Shown here: positions 30,868 to 38,543 of the stretch, piece by piece
Layout: the number at the start of each line of letters is the position of its first letter
Numbering within the stretch: position 1 is the first letter of the stretch
DNA from: Chloroflexota bacterium
GTDB taxonomy: Bacteria > Chloroflexota > Dehalococcoidia > SM23-28-2 > RBG-16-64-32
Direction of reading: 5' to 3'
Length of the DNA stretch: 64,000 nucleotides
NCBI GenBank assembly: GCA_029262695.1
Contig: JAJCYV010000004.1
Coordinates: forward strand, 2,807-66,806
Program-made: the position numbers and the translations under genes
Notes under the pieces: generated by a model
What the model saw: the letters and a program-made list of their open reading frames with translations, nothing else
Told to the model about the DNA's origin: nothing
Database searches by the model: none

Positions 30868-31257
30868 ATGGAACGACGAGCGATCAACCCCTGGAGCTGG
30901 CAGGACAGCTTCGGCTTCGTGCAGGCGAACGAGATCACCGGCGCGCAGAAAGTCCTCTACTGCTCCGGCCAGACGTCAGTCGACGAGAACGGCACGCCCC
31001 TGCATGAAGGCGACATGGCCGGCCAGGCAGGCAAGGCGCTCGACAACCTGGAGGTCGTGCTCAAGGACGCCGGCATGGACCTGAGCAACGTCGTGCGCCT
31101 GACGATCTACACCACCGACGTCGACGCCACGATCGCCAACTTCGGCGCCGTGGCACCGCGTCTCGCCCCGATCAAGGCCGCGCAGACTCTGATTGGCGTT
31201 GCCCGCCTCGCCTTCCCGCCGCTGATGATCGAGATCGAAGCCACGGCCGTCGCCTGA
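30868..31257 (+). CDS. RidA/YjgF/TdcF-family reactive-intermediate deaminase
   Basis: Conserved motifs are present (QTSVDENGT...DMAGQAGKALDNLEVVLKDAG...NVVRLTIYTTD...AR.AFPP..IEIEA). Confidence 0.8.
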   Translation: MERRAINPWSWQDSFGFVQANEITGAQKVLYCSGQTSVDENGTPLHEGDMAGQAGKALDNLEVVLKDAGMDLSNVVRLTIYTTDVDATIANFGAVAPRLAPIKAAQTLIGVARLAFPPLMIEIEATAVA

Positions 31258-31260
31258 CTC

Positions 31261-32220
31261 ATGCCGAATCTCTACGGCGCGATCGACCTCGGCGGCACCA
31301 ACGTGCGGGCGATCGTCGCCGGCCTCGACGGTAAGATCAGCGGCGACGACCGGCGCCCCTCACGTGCCAGCGATGGCCTCGACGAGACGATCGAGACGCT
31401 GCTCGCGTCGCTGGAGCAGGCTTGTTCGGAGGCCGGAATCGGAGCCGGCGGCCTCAGCGGCCTCGGCGTCGCCACGCCCGGCTGGGTGGACACGGAACGC
31501 GGCGTCGTGCCGGCGGCGCCACAGCTCATCGGCTGGTGGGACGTGCCGCTCGTGGAAATGCTGCAAGAGCGCCTCGGCGTCACCGTCCGACTGGAGAACG
31601 ACGCCAACGCCGCCGCGCTCGGCGAGAACGCCTTCGGGGCCGGCCGCGGTACGCGGCACATGCTCTACATAACCGTAAGCACCGGCGTCGGCGCCGGCAT
31701 CGTCGCCGACGGGCGGCTGTACGGTGGCGCGAAAGGCTCCGCCGGCGAGATCGGTCACACGATCGTCGACCCGTCCGGCCCGCGCTGCGGCTGCGGTAAC
31801 AGCGGCTGCCTCGAGTCGCTCTCCTCCGGAACGGCGATCGCCCGCCGGGCGACAGAGGCTGCCGACCGGGGAGACTCGGCCGCCCTCGCCGCTATCAAGG
31901 AGCGCGAAGGCCGCCTCAGCGCGCGTCTGGTCGCCGACGCCGCGCGCAAAGGAGACGCCGCGAGCGTTGCGATCTACGAAAAGGCGGGCCGATTCCTGGG
32001 GATCGCGCTGGCCAACGCCGTTAACCTCCTCAGCCCCGAGGCGATCGTCCTCGGTGGCGGCGTCATGCAGGCAAAGGACCTCTTCCTCCCGCGCGCGGAG
32101 GAAACGATGCGCGCTCTTGCGTTGGACGAGCCGCTGAAGCACATGCGCCTCGCGGAGGCCGAACTGGGCGACCGCGCCGGCGTCATGGGGATGATCGCCC
32201 GCCTCGGCCAGTCCGGCTAA
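31261..32220 (+). CDS. ROK-family sugar kinase / transcriptional-regulator-like protein (probable glucokinase)
   Basis: It has the IDLGGTNVR ATP-binding motif, and CGCGNSGCLE is the ROK zinc motif. Confidence 0.8.
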   Translation: MPNLYGAIDLGGTNVRAIVAGLDGKISGDDRRPSRASDGLDETIETLLASLEQACSEAGIGAGGLSGLGVATPGWVDTERGVVPAAPQLIGWWDVPLVEMLQERLGVTVRLENDANAAALGENAFGAGRGTRHMLYITVSTGVGAGIVADGRLYGGAKGSAGEIGHTIVDPSGPRCGCGNSGCLESLSSGTAIARRATEAADRGDSAALAAIKEREGRLSARLVADAARKGDAASVAIYEKAGRFLGIALANAVNLLSPEAIVLGGGVMQAKDLFLPRAEETMRALALDEPLKHMRLAEAELGDRAGVMGMIARLGQSG

Positions 32221-32226
32221 CGCGGC

Positions 32227-32745
32227 TCAGGCCCGAGCGCGGCGGCGGCGCGAAAAGCGGCCCGGACGGCCCTTCTTCGGCTCTTCCGCCTCCAGCGCCG
32301 GCGCGATGTTCGCCCGTTCGCGCTCGATGATCGGTTGGCACACGGCGATGATGCGCGACAGGCGCTCGGCGATCTCCGAGGCCAGCGCCGGCGACGGTGG
32401 GTCATACGGGACCGTCTGGTGCAGCCGCGCCCAGGACGCCGTCCACTCCTCAAGCTCCATCTGCGGCCCGAGCTGCGCCTGGATCTCCGGCATGTAAGGC
32501 GCCATCAGCTCCGCCCAGCGGTAGGAAAAGTCATGCGGCCCCTCGAAATGCAGGCCGATCTCGATGCGCTCCGTCTTGCGCGTCAGGCAGACTTCGTAGT
32601 GCACCTTCGGCGAATGGAAGTGCAACTGGAACCAGACGAAGCGGACGCGGTGCGTGCAGGCCTCGCGCAGCGCCTTCGGTAGCGCCGCCAGCGTCTCGTC
32701 TTCGATCTGGGCCATGAACTCGCTCACGCGCATGCGGGGTGGCAT
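32227..32745 (-). CDS. Hypothetical protein (start uncertain)
   Basis: The open frame is 221 codons. Met50 was chosen as the start, with Met54 and Met60 as alternatives. No family was recognised (FVWFQLHFHSPKVHYEVCLTRKTERIEIGLHFEGPHDF...). It sits divergent from lemA. Confidence 0.35.
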   Translation of the reverse strand: MPPRMRVSEFMAQIEDETLAALPKALREACTHRVRFVWFQLHFHSPKVHYEVCLTRKTERIEIGLHFEGPHDFSYRWAELMAPYMPEIQAQLGPQMELEEWTASWARLHQTVPYDPPSPALASEIAERLSRIIAVCQPIIERERANIAPALEAEEPKKGRPGRFSRRRRARA

Positions 32746-32867
32746 GCGACCAGATTGGCGGCACGGGCGGCGCTCGTCAAGCTGTCTCCAGCGCGCGCCC
32801 GCTGATACAATCGGGTCGATTCGTCCACCAACGCTAGAGGCCCGCAACTCTGGGTCGGGAGGTCTGG

Positions 32868-33536
32868 ATGGCAGCGCTGATCGTCGTCGCAATCATCATC
32901 GCCATCGTCGTCGTCGTCGTGATGGTGTTCATCGGGATGTACAACGGCCTTGTGCGGTCACGAAACCGCGTGAAGGAGGCCTGGTCCGGCATCGACGTCC
33001 AACTCAAGCGCCGGTCGAGCCTCGTGCCCAACCTCGTCGAGACCGTCCGCGGCTATGCTGCGCACGAGCGCGAGACGTTCGAAGAAGTGACCCGCGCCCG
33101 CTCGATGCTGGAGCAGGCGCAGCAGAGCGGCGGCCCGGCAGACCAGGCGGTTGCGAACAATATGCTCACGGGCGCCCTGCGCCACCTGTTCGCCGTCGCC
33201 GAGAACTACCCGGAGCTGAAGGCGGCCGACAACTTCCGCCAGCTCCAGACGGAACTCTCCGACATCGAGGAGAAGATCGCCTTCGCGCGCCAGTTCTACA
33301 ACTCGAACGTCCTCAGCTACAACAACCGCATCCAGGTTGTGCCCGCAGTCTTCATCGCCGGCATGTTCGGCTTCACCGCAGAGCAGTTCTTCGAGACGGA
33401 CGAGGACGGGCGCGCCGAGGTCAGCGTCGACTTCAGCCGCGAGCCGACGCCACCGCCGGCGCCACCCGCGGCGCCACCGGCCGGCGACGCTTCTGGCGGT
33501 GGGTCAGCCCCGGATCAGAGCGGGACACCCGGCTAG
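32868..33536 (+). CDS. lemA: LemA-family membrane protein
   Basis: It has an N-terminal transmembrane segment and LemA signature regions (YNGLVRSRNRVKEAWSGIDVQLKRR...ENYPELKA...FARQFYN). Confidence 0.8.
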   Translation: MAALIVVAIIIAIVVVVVMVFIGMYNGLVRSRNRVKEAWSGIDVQLKRRSSLVPNLVETVRGYAAHERETFEEVTRARSMLEQAQQSGGPADQAVANNMLTGALRHLFAVAENYPELKAADNFRQLQTELSDIEEKIAFARQFYNSNVLSYNNRIQVVPAVFIAGMFGFTAEQFFETDEDGRAEVSVDFSREPTPPPAPPAAPPAGDASGGGSAPDQSGTPG

Positions 33537-33548
33537 CGCGTCTGCCAG

Positions 33549-34520
33549 ATGGACGAATCGTCCCGGGCCCCGCAAGAGCGGGTGCTTATCTGGGACCGCA
33601 TAGACGCCAACAAGTGGCGCACGGTCCTCCTCATCCTGGGCTTCGTTATCTTCACCGCGCTCTTCTTCGCCGCCGTCGGCACGGTGATCTCCGTGTACGC
33701 GGGCGTTAGCCCGAGCGTCGATCCCACGCTCACCATTCAGATCGCTGTGGCGACGGCGCTCGTCGCCACGGCCATCGGCGTGATGATGTACTACGCCGCC
33801 ACAGCGACCGTGCTCGCAATCTCTGGCGCGCACGAGGTCACTGTCGCCGAAGAGCCGGAGCTGTACCGCGTCGTCGAGAACCTGAGCATCGGCTCCGGCC
33901 TGCCGATGCCCAAGGTCTGGGTGGTCGAGGACAGCGCGCCGAACGCCTTCGCCACCGGCCGTGACCCGGAGCGAGCACACGTCGCCGCCACGCGTGGTCT
34001 CATCGACAAGCTCGAGAAGCGCGAGCTGGAGGCCGTTATGGCGCACGAGATGTCGCACATCGGCAACTACGACATCCGGATCATGACGACGGTGGCGGTC
34101 GTCGTCGGCCTGATGGCGCTCTTCACGGACATGATGCTGCGCTTCACCTGGTACGGCGCCGGTGCGAGGCGGGGCAACCGCGGCAAGGGAGGCGGCGGGA
34201 TCGCTCTGCTCATCCTCGCCGTCGCGATCGTCTTCATCGTCCTCTCGCCGTTTATCGCCTCCGCGCTGCGTTTCGCCGTGTCCCGCCAACGCGAGTACCT
34301 GGCCGACGCCTCTGGGGCGCTCCTCTGCCGCAACCCGGACGCGCTGGCCGATGCGCTCGAAAAGATATCGGCCGATCCGGAGCCGCTGGAGGCCGCCAAC
34401 AAGGCCACTGCGCATCTCTACATCGAAAACCCGCTCAAAGAGCACAAGAGCTTCCTCAATAGCCTCTTCGCCACTCACCCGCCCGTGGACGAGCGCATCA
34501 AGCTCCTCCGCGCGATGTGA
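33549..34520 (+). CDS. M48-family zinc metallopeptidase (HtpX-like), partner of LemA
   Basis: It has a HEMSH motif (AVMAHEMSHIGNYD) and a C-terminal FATHPPVDERIKLL. It immediately follows lemA, a commonly conserved pair. Confidence 0.8.
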   Translation: MDESSRAPQERVLIWDRIDANKWRTVLLILGFVIFTALFFAAVGTVISVYAGVSPSVDPTLTIQIAVATALVATAIGVMMYYAATATVLAISGAHEVTVAEEPELYRVVENLSIGSGLPMPKVWVVEDSAPNAFATGRDPERAHVAATRGLIDKLEKRELEAVMAHEMSHIGNYDIRIMTTVAVVVGLMALFTDMMLRFTWYGAGARRGNRGKGGGGIALLILAVAIVFIVLSPFIASALRFAVSRQREYLADASGALLCRNPDALADALEKISADPEPLEAANKATAHLYIENPLKEHKSFLNSLFATHPPVDERIKLLRAM

Positions 34521-34990
34521 CGACCGTGCCGCCGCTACTGCGACCCGCCCGCGCGGAGGACATCGACGCCATCACTCGGCTCATCGCCTCCGAGACGTTG
34601 CCGGCGGTCGAGGTCGCGGAGTGGCTGGGGGGCTTCTGGGTGCTGGAAGAGGCCGGGACGCTCGTCGCTTGCGCGGGAATCGAGCGCTACGGCGAGGCGG
34701 CCGTCCTGCGCTCGGTCGTAGTGGCCGCGTCGCTGCGCGGGAGTGGCGAAGGTGCGCGAATGACGGAGCGTGCGCTGGCCTTCGCGCGGGACGACGGCGC
34801 CCGGCGCTGTTATCTGTTCACGATGGCCGCGCCGGAGTTCTTCGCGCGGTTCGGGTTCGAACGCTGTCGGCTGGACGACTTCGAGCCCGACGCGAGGGAG
34901 TCCTGGCAGTGGCGGGGCGTCTCAGGGAGCGAGGGTCTCGCCGGGCAGGTGATCCCGATGCGGGCCGACCTCCAGGCCCGCTCGTCCTGA
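34517..34990 (+). CDS. GNAT-family N-acetyltransferase
   Basis: The acetyl-CoA-binding region is VVVAASLRGSGEGARMTERALAFARDDGARRCYLFT. Its stop codon lies inside a palindromic repeat copy. Confidence 0.65.
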   Translation: MTTVPPLLRPARAEDIDAITRLIASETLPAVEVAEWLGGFWVLEEAGTLVACAGIERYGEAAVLRSVVVAASLRGSGEGARMTERALAFARDDGARRCYLFTMAAPEFFARFGFERCRLDDFEPDARESWQWRGVSGSEGLAGQVIPMRADLQARSS

Positions 34991-35010
34991 GGCTCTCGAA
35001 GGGCGAGCGG
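34977..35010. repeat. GC-rich REP-like palindromic repeat, copy A (CCCGCTCGTCCTGAGGCTCTCGAAGGGCGAGCGG)
   Basis: It has an 8-bp terminal inverted repeat (CCGCTCG/CGAGCGG) around a CCTGAGG core. It lies in the convergent intergenic region between the GNAT gene and selD, and is nearly identical to copy C at 37283..37317. Confidence 0.7.
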
Positions 35011-35025
35011 AGCACCTGCGCCCCG

Positions 35026-36069
35026 CTACGCAACCACTTCGACGCCGGCGCCCGTGACAACCTCGCCGATCGCCCAGGCCGAAAGGCCCGCCGCCTTGAA
35101 CCGCGCCTGCGCGTCACTCGCGCGGTCCTGCCCCACCGCCATCAGCAGCCCGCCCGACGTCTGTGGGTCGAACAGCACGCCCTGCATCGCCTCGCTGACT
35201 GCCTGGTCCAGGCGGACGTGCTCGCCGTAGAACTCGCGGTTCCGCCTCGCGCCGGCCGTGGAGATGCCGCCTTTCGCGTGCTCCAGCGCGCCCGGTAGCA
35301 CGGGCACAGCCGGCGCGATGATGCGCAGGCGAACGTCGCTCGCCGCGGCAACTTCGCGGGCGTGGCCCAGGAGGCTGTAGCCGGTAACGTCCGTCATCGC
35401 GTGGGCGCTGATCTCGCGCGCGATGTGCGAGGCGTGGCGGTTGAGCGTCGTCATGCTCTCGACCGCGGCCGCCAGTTGCTCCGGCGACGCCTCGTCGCGG
35501 CCCGCCGCCGTCGTGATGATGCCCGTCCCCAGCGCCTTCGTGAGGAAGAGCACGTCGCCCGGCTCCGCGCCCCCTTTGCGGAAGATGGCGTCCGGGTGCA
35601 CCAGCCCCATTGCGCAGAGGCCGTACTTCGGCTCGTCATCGAGGATCGTGTGCCCGCCGGCGATGACGCCGCCGGCCTCACGCACTTTGTCGGCGCCGCC
35701 CTGGATCACCTTCGCGATCGTCTCCGATGCCATGTCCTCCGGGAACGCCGCAACGTTCAGCGCCAGCACGACCTCGCCGCCCATCGCGTAGACGTCGCTC
35801 ATGGCGTTGGTCGCGGAGATCGCGCCGTAGTCGTAGGGGTCGTCCACCAGCGGCGCGAAAAAGTCGACCGTCAGCACGACGGCCTGCTCGTCGTTCAGGC
35901 GGTAGACGGCGGCGTCGTCCGGCGCGGTCAGGCCGACAAGCAGGTCAGGCTGATCGGCGGAAACGTCCGAGAGATGTCGCAGGACCTCTGACAGCTCTTG
36001 CATGCCAGCCTTGCCTGCGCAACCCGCGCAGGACGCCAGCTTCGTCAGCCGCTCCGTACCGCTCGCCAT
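35026..36069 (-). CDS. selD: Selenide, water dikinase (selenophosphate synthetase), Cys-type
   Basis: An ATG follows an AAGGAG RBS. The N-terminal LTKLASCAGCAGK is the SelD glycine-rich motif with Cys at the Sec/Cys position, and the AIR-synthase-like fold motifs (GGHT, DVTGYS) are present. Confidence 0.8.
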   Translation of the reverse strand: MASGTERLTKLASCAGCAGKAGMQELSEVLRHLSDVSADQPDLLVGLTAPDDAAVYRLNDEQAVVLTVDFFAPLVDDPYDYGAISATNAMSDVYAMGGEVVLALNVAAFPEDMASETIAKVIQGGADKVREAGGVIAGGHTILDDEPKYGLCAMGLVHPDAIFRKGGAEPGDVLFLTKALGTGIITTAAGRDEASPEQLAAAVESMTTLNRHASHIAREISAHAMTDVTGYSLLGHAREVAAASDVRLRIIAPAVPVLPGALEHAKGGISTAGARRNREFYGEHVRLDQAVSEAMQGVLFDPQTSGGLLMAVGQDRASDAQARFKAAGLSAWAIGEVVTGAGVEVVA

Positions 36070-36139
36070 GCCGCTCCTTTCGCTCGATTCGTACGTTGTC
36101 CAGTATAGACGCGTTCCGCCCGCGCTATTCTTACTGCAC

Positions 36140-37168
36140 ATGAGACCACCCGCCGCTCTCTCCCTGCTCCTCGTTCTACCGCTGGCCCTCGCCGCCTGCA
36201 GTAGTGGCGGCGAGCCGGCGCCCACCGGGCCGACCGCCACGCCGTTCGTTATCCTCGGCTCGCCGGACGGAAGCTCACCATCGCCTGGCGCGGGCACGGC
36301 GACCGACGATCCGACCATGACGCCCCAGCCGACCGGCGAGCTGGTCTCGCTCGACTGGCTGGCCGGGAGCGCCGCGTTCCCGGCTGTGCCGTCGCCGTTC
36401 GCCGCGCCGGTTGCCGACCCCGACCTGCTCGCCGCTGTCGAAGGAGCGCTGGACGGGCTCGACGGCGGGTTCAGCGTGATCGTCCACAACCTCGCCGACG
36501 GGCGCTACGCGGCGATCAACCCGAACACCGCGTACTATGCTGCGAGCCTGTTTAAGGCCCCCGTCTTGATCGAGACGTACCGGCAGCACGACCTCGGCAT
36601 CATCGACTTCTCGACCGAACTCACGATCGACGAGGAGGTCGCGCAGTACGATCTCGGAACGTTTGAGTATCTGGGGCTCGCGGAAGGCGATATCGTGCTC
36701 CTCGGCGAGGCTGTCGAAGCGATGGTCGTCGTCAGCGATACGGCGCTCGCGAACCTCGTGCTCGGTGAGGTCGGCTCCGGCAACGTCGACGCGACGCTCG
36801 GCGAGATCGGCGCCACGACGATGTCCGTCAGCACCCGCGACCTGCCGACGACCGCCGCCGACATGTACGCTGTCCTCTCCGCGATTGCGACGGGCGACGG
36901 CGTCTCGGAGGGTTCGCGGCAGGAGATGCTGAGCCTGATGGCGCAGGAGTGGTTCTACAGCGGCGTCGTCGCCGGCATTCCGGCCGGTACGCCCTTCGCC
37001 CACAAGACCGGCAGCTTCACAGACGCCACGCACGACGTCGCCGTCGTCGAAGGCCCGGAGGGGCCGTACATCATCGTCGTCCTCAGCGACGGCTCGTACC
37101 AGTGGGAGCCGATCGCCGGCGTCTCCGATGCCGTCTGGCGGCACTTCGCCGGCGAGCCCGAAGACTAG
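36140..37168 (+). CDS. Secreted serine-hydrolase lipoprotein, class A beta-lactamase-like fold
   Basis: It has a lipoprotein signal (LLLVLPLALAAC), a Pro/Thr-rich linker, an SxxK motif (YYAASLFKAPVL) and a later HKTG (KTG box). Confidence 0.55.
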   Translation: MRPPAALSLLLVLPLALAACSSGGEPAPTGPTATPFVILGSPDGSSPSPGAGTATDDPTMTPQPTGELVSLDWLAGSAAFPAVPSPFAAPVADPDLLAAVEGALDGLDGGFSVIVHNLADGRYAAINPNTAYYAASLFKAPVLIETYRQHDLGIIDFSTELTIDEEVAQYDLGTFEYLGLAEGDIVLLGEAVEAMVVVSDTALANLVLGEVGSGNVDATLGEIGATTMSVSTRDLPTTAADMYAVLSAIATGDGVSEGSRQEMLSLMAQEWFYSGVVAGIPAGTPFAHKTGSFTDATHDVAVVEGPEGPYIIVVLSDGSYQWEPIAGVSDAVWRHFAGEPED

Positions 37169-37197
37169 CGCATGCCGCACAAGCGAACGACGCCCCG

Positions 37198-37317
37198 CCC
37201 CGCTCGTCCTGAGGGGTCGAAGCCTGCCCTGAGCGTCCGGCGGACAGTCGAAGGGGAACGAGCGGAGCAACCAGCGCCTCGTCCCGCTCGTCCTGAGGTT
37301 CTCGAAGGGCGAGCGGG
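37198..37317. repeat. Tandem array of two or three related GC-rich palindromic repeat units (copy B variant 37198..37278; copy C 37283..37317)
   Basis: It shares the CCCGCTCGTCCTGAGG...TCGAAGGGCGAGCGG unit with 34977..35010 and contains a GTCCGGCGGAC sub-hairpin. It lies between the hydrolase gene and the likely nth start. Confidence 0.65.
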
Positions 37318-37357
37318 CCACCCACGTCCCGATACCCTCCTCGCACCCGCCGAGATC

Positions 37358-38005
37358 GTGCGCCGCCTCGCCCCGCTCTACGGCGAAGCGGCCTGGCGCC
37401 CTCACGGCGACCCGATGACCGAACTCGTCCTCACGGTCCTCTCTCAGAACACGACCGACACCAACTCCGGCCGCGCCTTCATGCGCCTGCGCCGGCGCTT
37501 CGATAGCTGGGACGCGCTGGCCGCCGCGCCCGTCGAGGAGATCGAGCGCGAGATCGCGGTCGGCGGCCTGGCGAAGCAGAAGGCGCCGCGCATCAAGGCC
37601 GCACTTCGCGCTATTCGTGAGAAGCGCGGCTCGTGGGACCTCGGTTTCCTGCGCGACCTGCCGCTGGACGAGGCGAAGGCCTGGCTGCGCGAGCTGAGCG
37701 GCGTCGGCCCCAAGACGGCCGCCTGCGTGCTCATGTTCGCGCTCGGCCTGCCCGCGCTGCCCGTGGACACGCACGTCCACCGCGTTTCGCAGCGCCTCGG
37801 CCTCGTTCCGCCGAAGGCCACGCCCGAGAAGGCGCACGACATCCTTCAGGACGCGCTAGATCCGGAGCTGGTCCACCCGCTGCACATCTCGCTGATCAAA
37901 CACGGCCGCCGCCTCTGCCGCGCCCGGAGCCCCCTCTGCGCCGGGTGCCCGCTGCTGGACGGCTGCCCGGCCGGTCAGGGGCTCGTGGGAGGCGCTGGAG
38001 ATTGA
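37358..38005 (+). CDS. nth: Endonuclease III (Nth) family DNA glycosylase/AP lyase with a 4Fe-4S cluster
   Basis: The HhH-GPD motif is present (LSGVGPKTAACVLMFALGLPALPVDTHVHRV), and C-x6-C-x2-C-x5-C is at the C-terminus. The start is set at the GTG just before the conserved N-terminus (IVRRLAPLYGE...); the upstream ATG at 37172 would add a 62-aa repeat-encoded extension. Confidence 0.65.
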   Translation: MRRLAPLYGEAAWRPHGDPMTELVLTVLSQNTTDTNSGRAFMRLRRRFDSWDALAAAPVEEIEREIAVGGLAKQKAPRIKAALRAIREKRGSWDLGFLRDLPLDEAKAWLRELSGVGPKTAACVLMFALGLPALPVDTHVHRVSQRLGLVPPKATPEKAHDILQDALDPELVHPLHISLIKHGRRLCRARSPLCAGCPLLDGCPAGQGLVGGAGD

Positions 38006-38039
38006 TCGCTGGCCACCCTCGAATCGGTAGGGACGACTC

Positions 38040-38258
38040 CTAGTCCGGCTTGCGCGTCGAGAAGTAGAAGAGGACGCCACCGAGCCAGCTGTTGCCGTCC
38101 TCTCCGATCGGAACGGGGACGGTCGACTCCAGCTGCCAACCCTCTTCAGCGTAAGCCTGTAGCAATACGCGCTGCCGTTCGATGTACTCGTTCCAGTCAC
38201 CCTCGCTAAGAGGATTGCCACCAAACCAGACCATCCCGACGTCGTACACGAGTGCCAT
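38040..38258 (-). CDS. Small hypothetical protein (72 aa)
   Basis: The ORF has a plausible RBS (GAAAGG). No family was recognised. Confidence 0.3.
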   Translation of the reverse strand: MALVYDVGMVWFGGNPLSEGDWNEYIERQRVLLQAYAEEGWQLESTVPVPIGEDGNSWLGGVLFYFSTRKPD

Positions 38259-38344
38259 TGCCCCTGCCTTTCGTCCGCCCCGGCGATTGTCGTTCTCCGT
38301 GGGTCGTCGCCCATTCTAGCCCAGGGCTGCGATCACCTGCTCGC

Positions 38345-38374
38345 TTGACACCACCGCTCGCTCGCCCGTAACAT
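38345..38374 (+). promoter_or_regulatory. Putative sigma70-type promoter of the arg operon leader (TTGACA - 18 nt - TAACAT)
   Basis: It has a perfect -35 hexamer and is followed by a short leader ORF and a terminator before argC. Confidence 0.5.
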
Positions 38375-38383
38375 CGCTCCATC

Positions 38384-38458
38384 ATGTTCCTCGTGCCTGA
38401 GAGCCGCGCCCGACGACCGCGACCCGTTGGTGGGGCGGTCTCGCACGTCTTTCGATAG
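38384..38458 (+). CDS. Candidate 24-aa leader peptide MFLVPESRARRPRPVGGAVSHVFR; Arg cluster encoded by rare CGA codons
   Basis: The ATG is 10 nt after the -10. Codons 8-13 are CGC-GCC-CGA-CGA-CCG-CGA, and the final sense codon is CGA. The ORF overlaps the sequence GGTGGGGC, which can pair with the terminator 5' arm. Confidence 0.35.
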   Translation: MFLVPESRARRPRPVGGAVSHVFR

Positions 38459-38493
38459 CGAGAACAGACGCTAGCTGCAAAGCAGTTCGTTGA

Positions 38494-38530
38494 GCCCCAC
38501 CGCTGATCAGTGGTGGGGGTTTTTTATTTC
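38494..38530 (+). terminator. Strong intrinsic terminator/attenuator hairpin (GCCCCACCGCTGA/TCAGTGGTGGGG) followed by TTTTTTATTT, 14 nt upstream of the argC ATG
   Basis: It is a roughly 12-bp GC-rich stem with one G-U wobble, plus a U-tract, on the + strand only. The upstream neighbour is on the opposite strand, so this is not a gene-end terminator. Confidence 0.7.
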
Positions 38531-38543
38531 TGGAGAAGCAAAG

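Noticed and set aside
36275-37837. 520-aa minus-strand ORF
   Set aside because: It is antisense to the serine hydrolase and nth genes, and part of it is generated by the palindromic repeats reading through.
38424-38440. Possible T-box riboswitch in the argC leader
   Set aside because: The conserved T-box sequence (AGGGUGGNACCGCG) and specifier-loop architecture are not present. GGTGGGGCGG only resembles it superficially, so a leader-peptide attenuator fits better.
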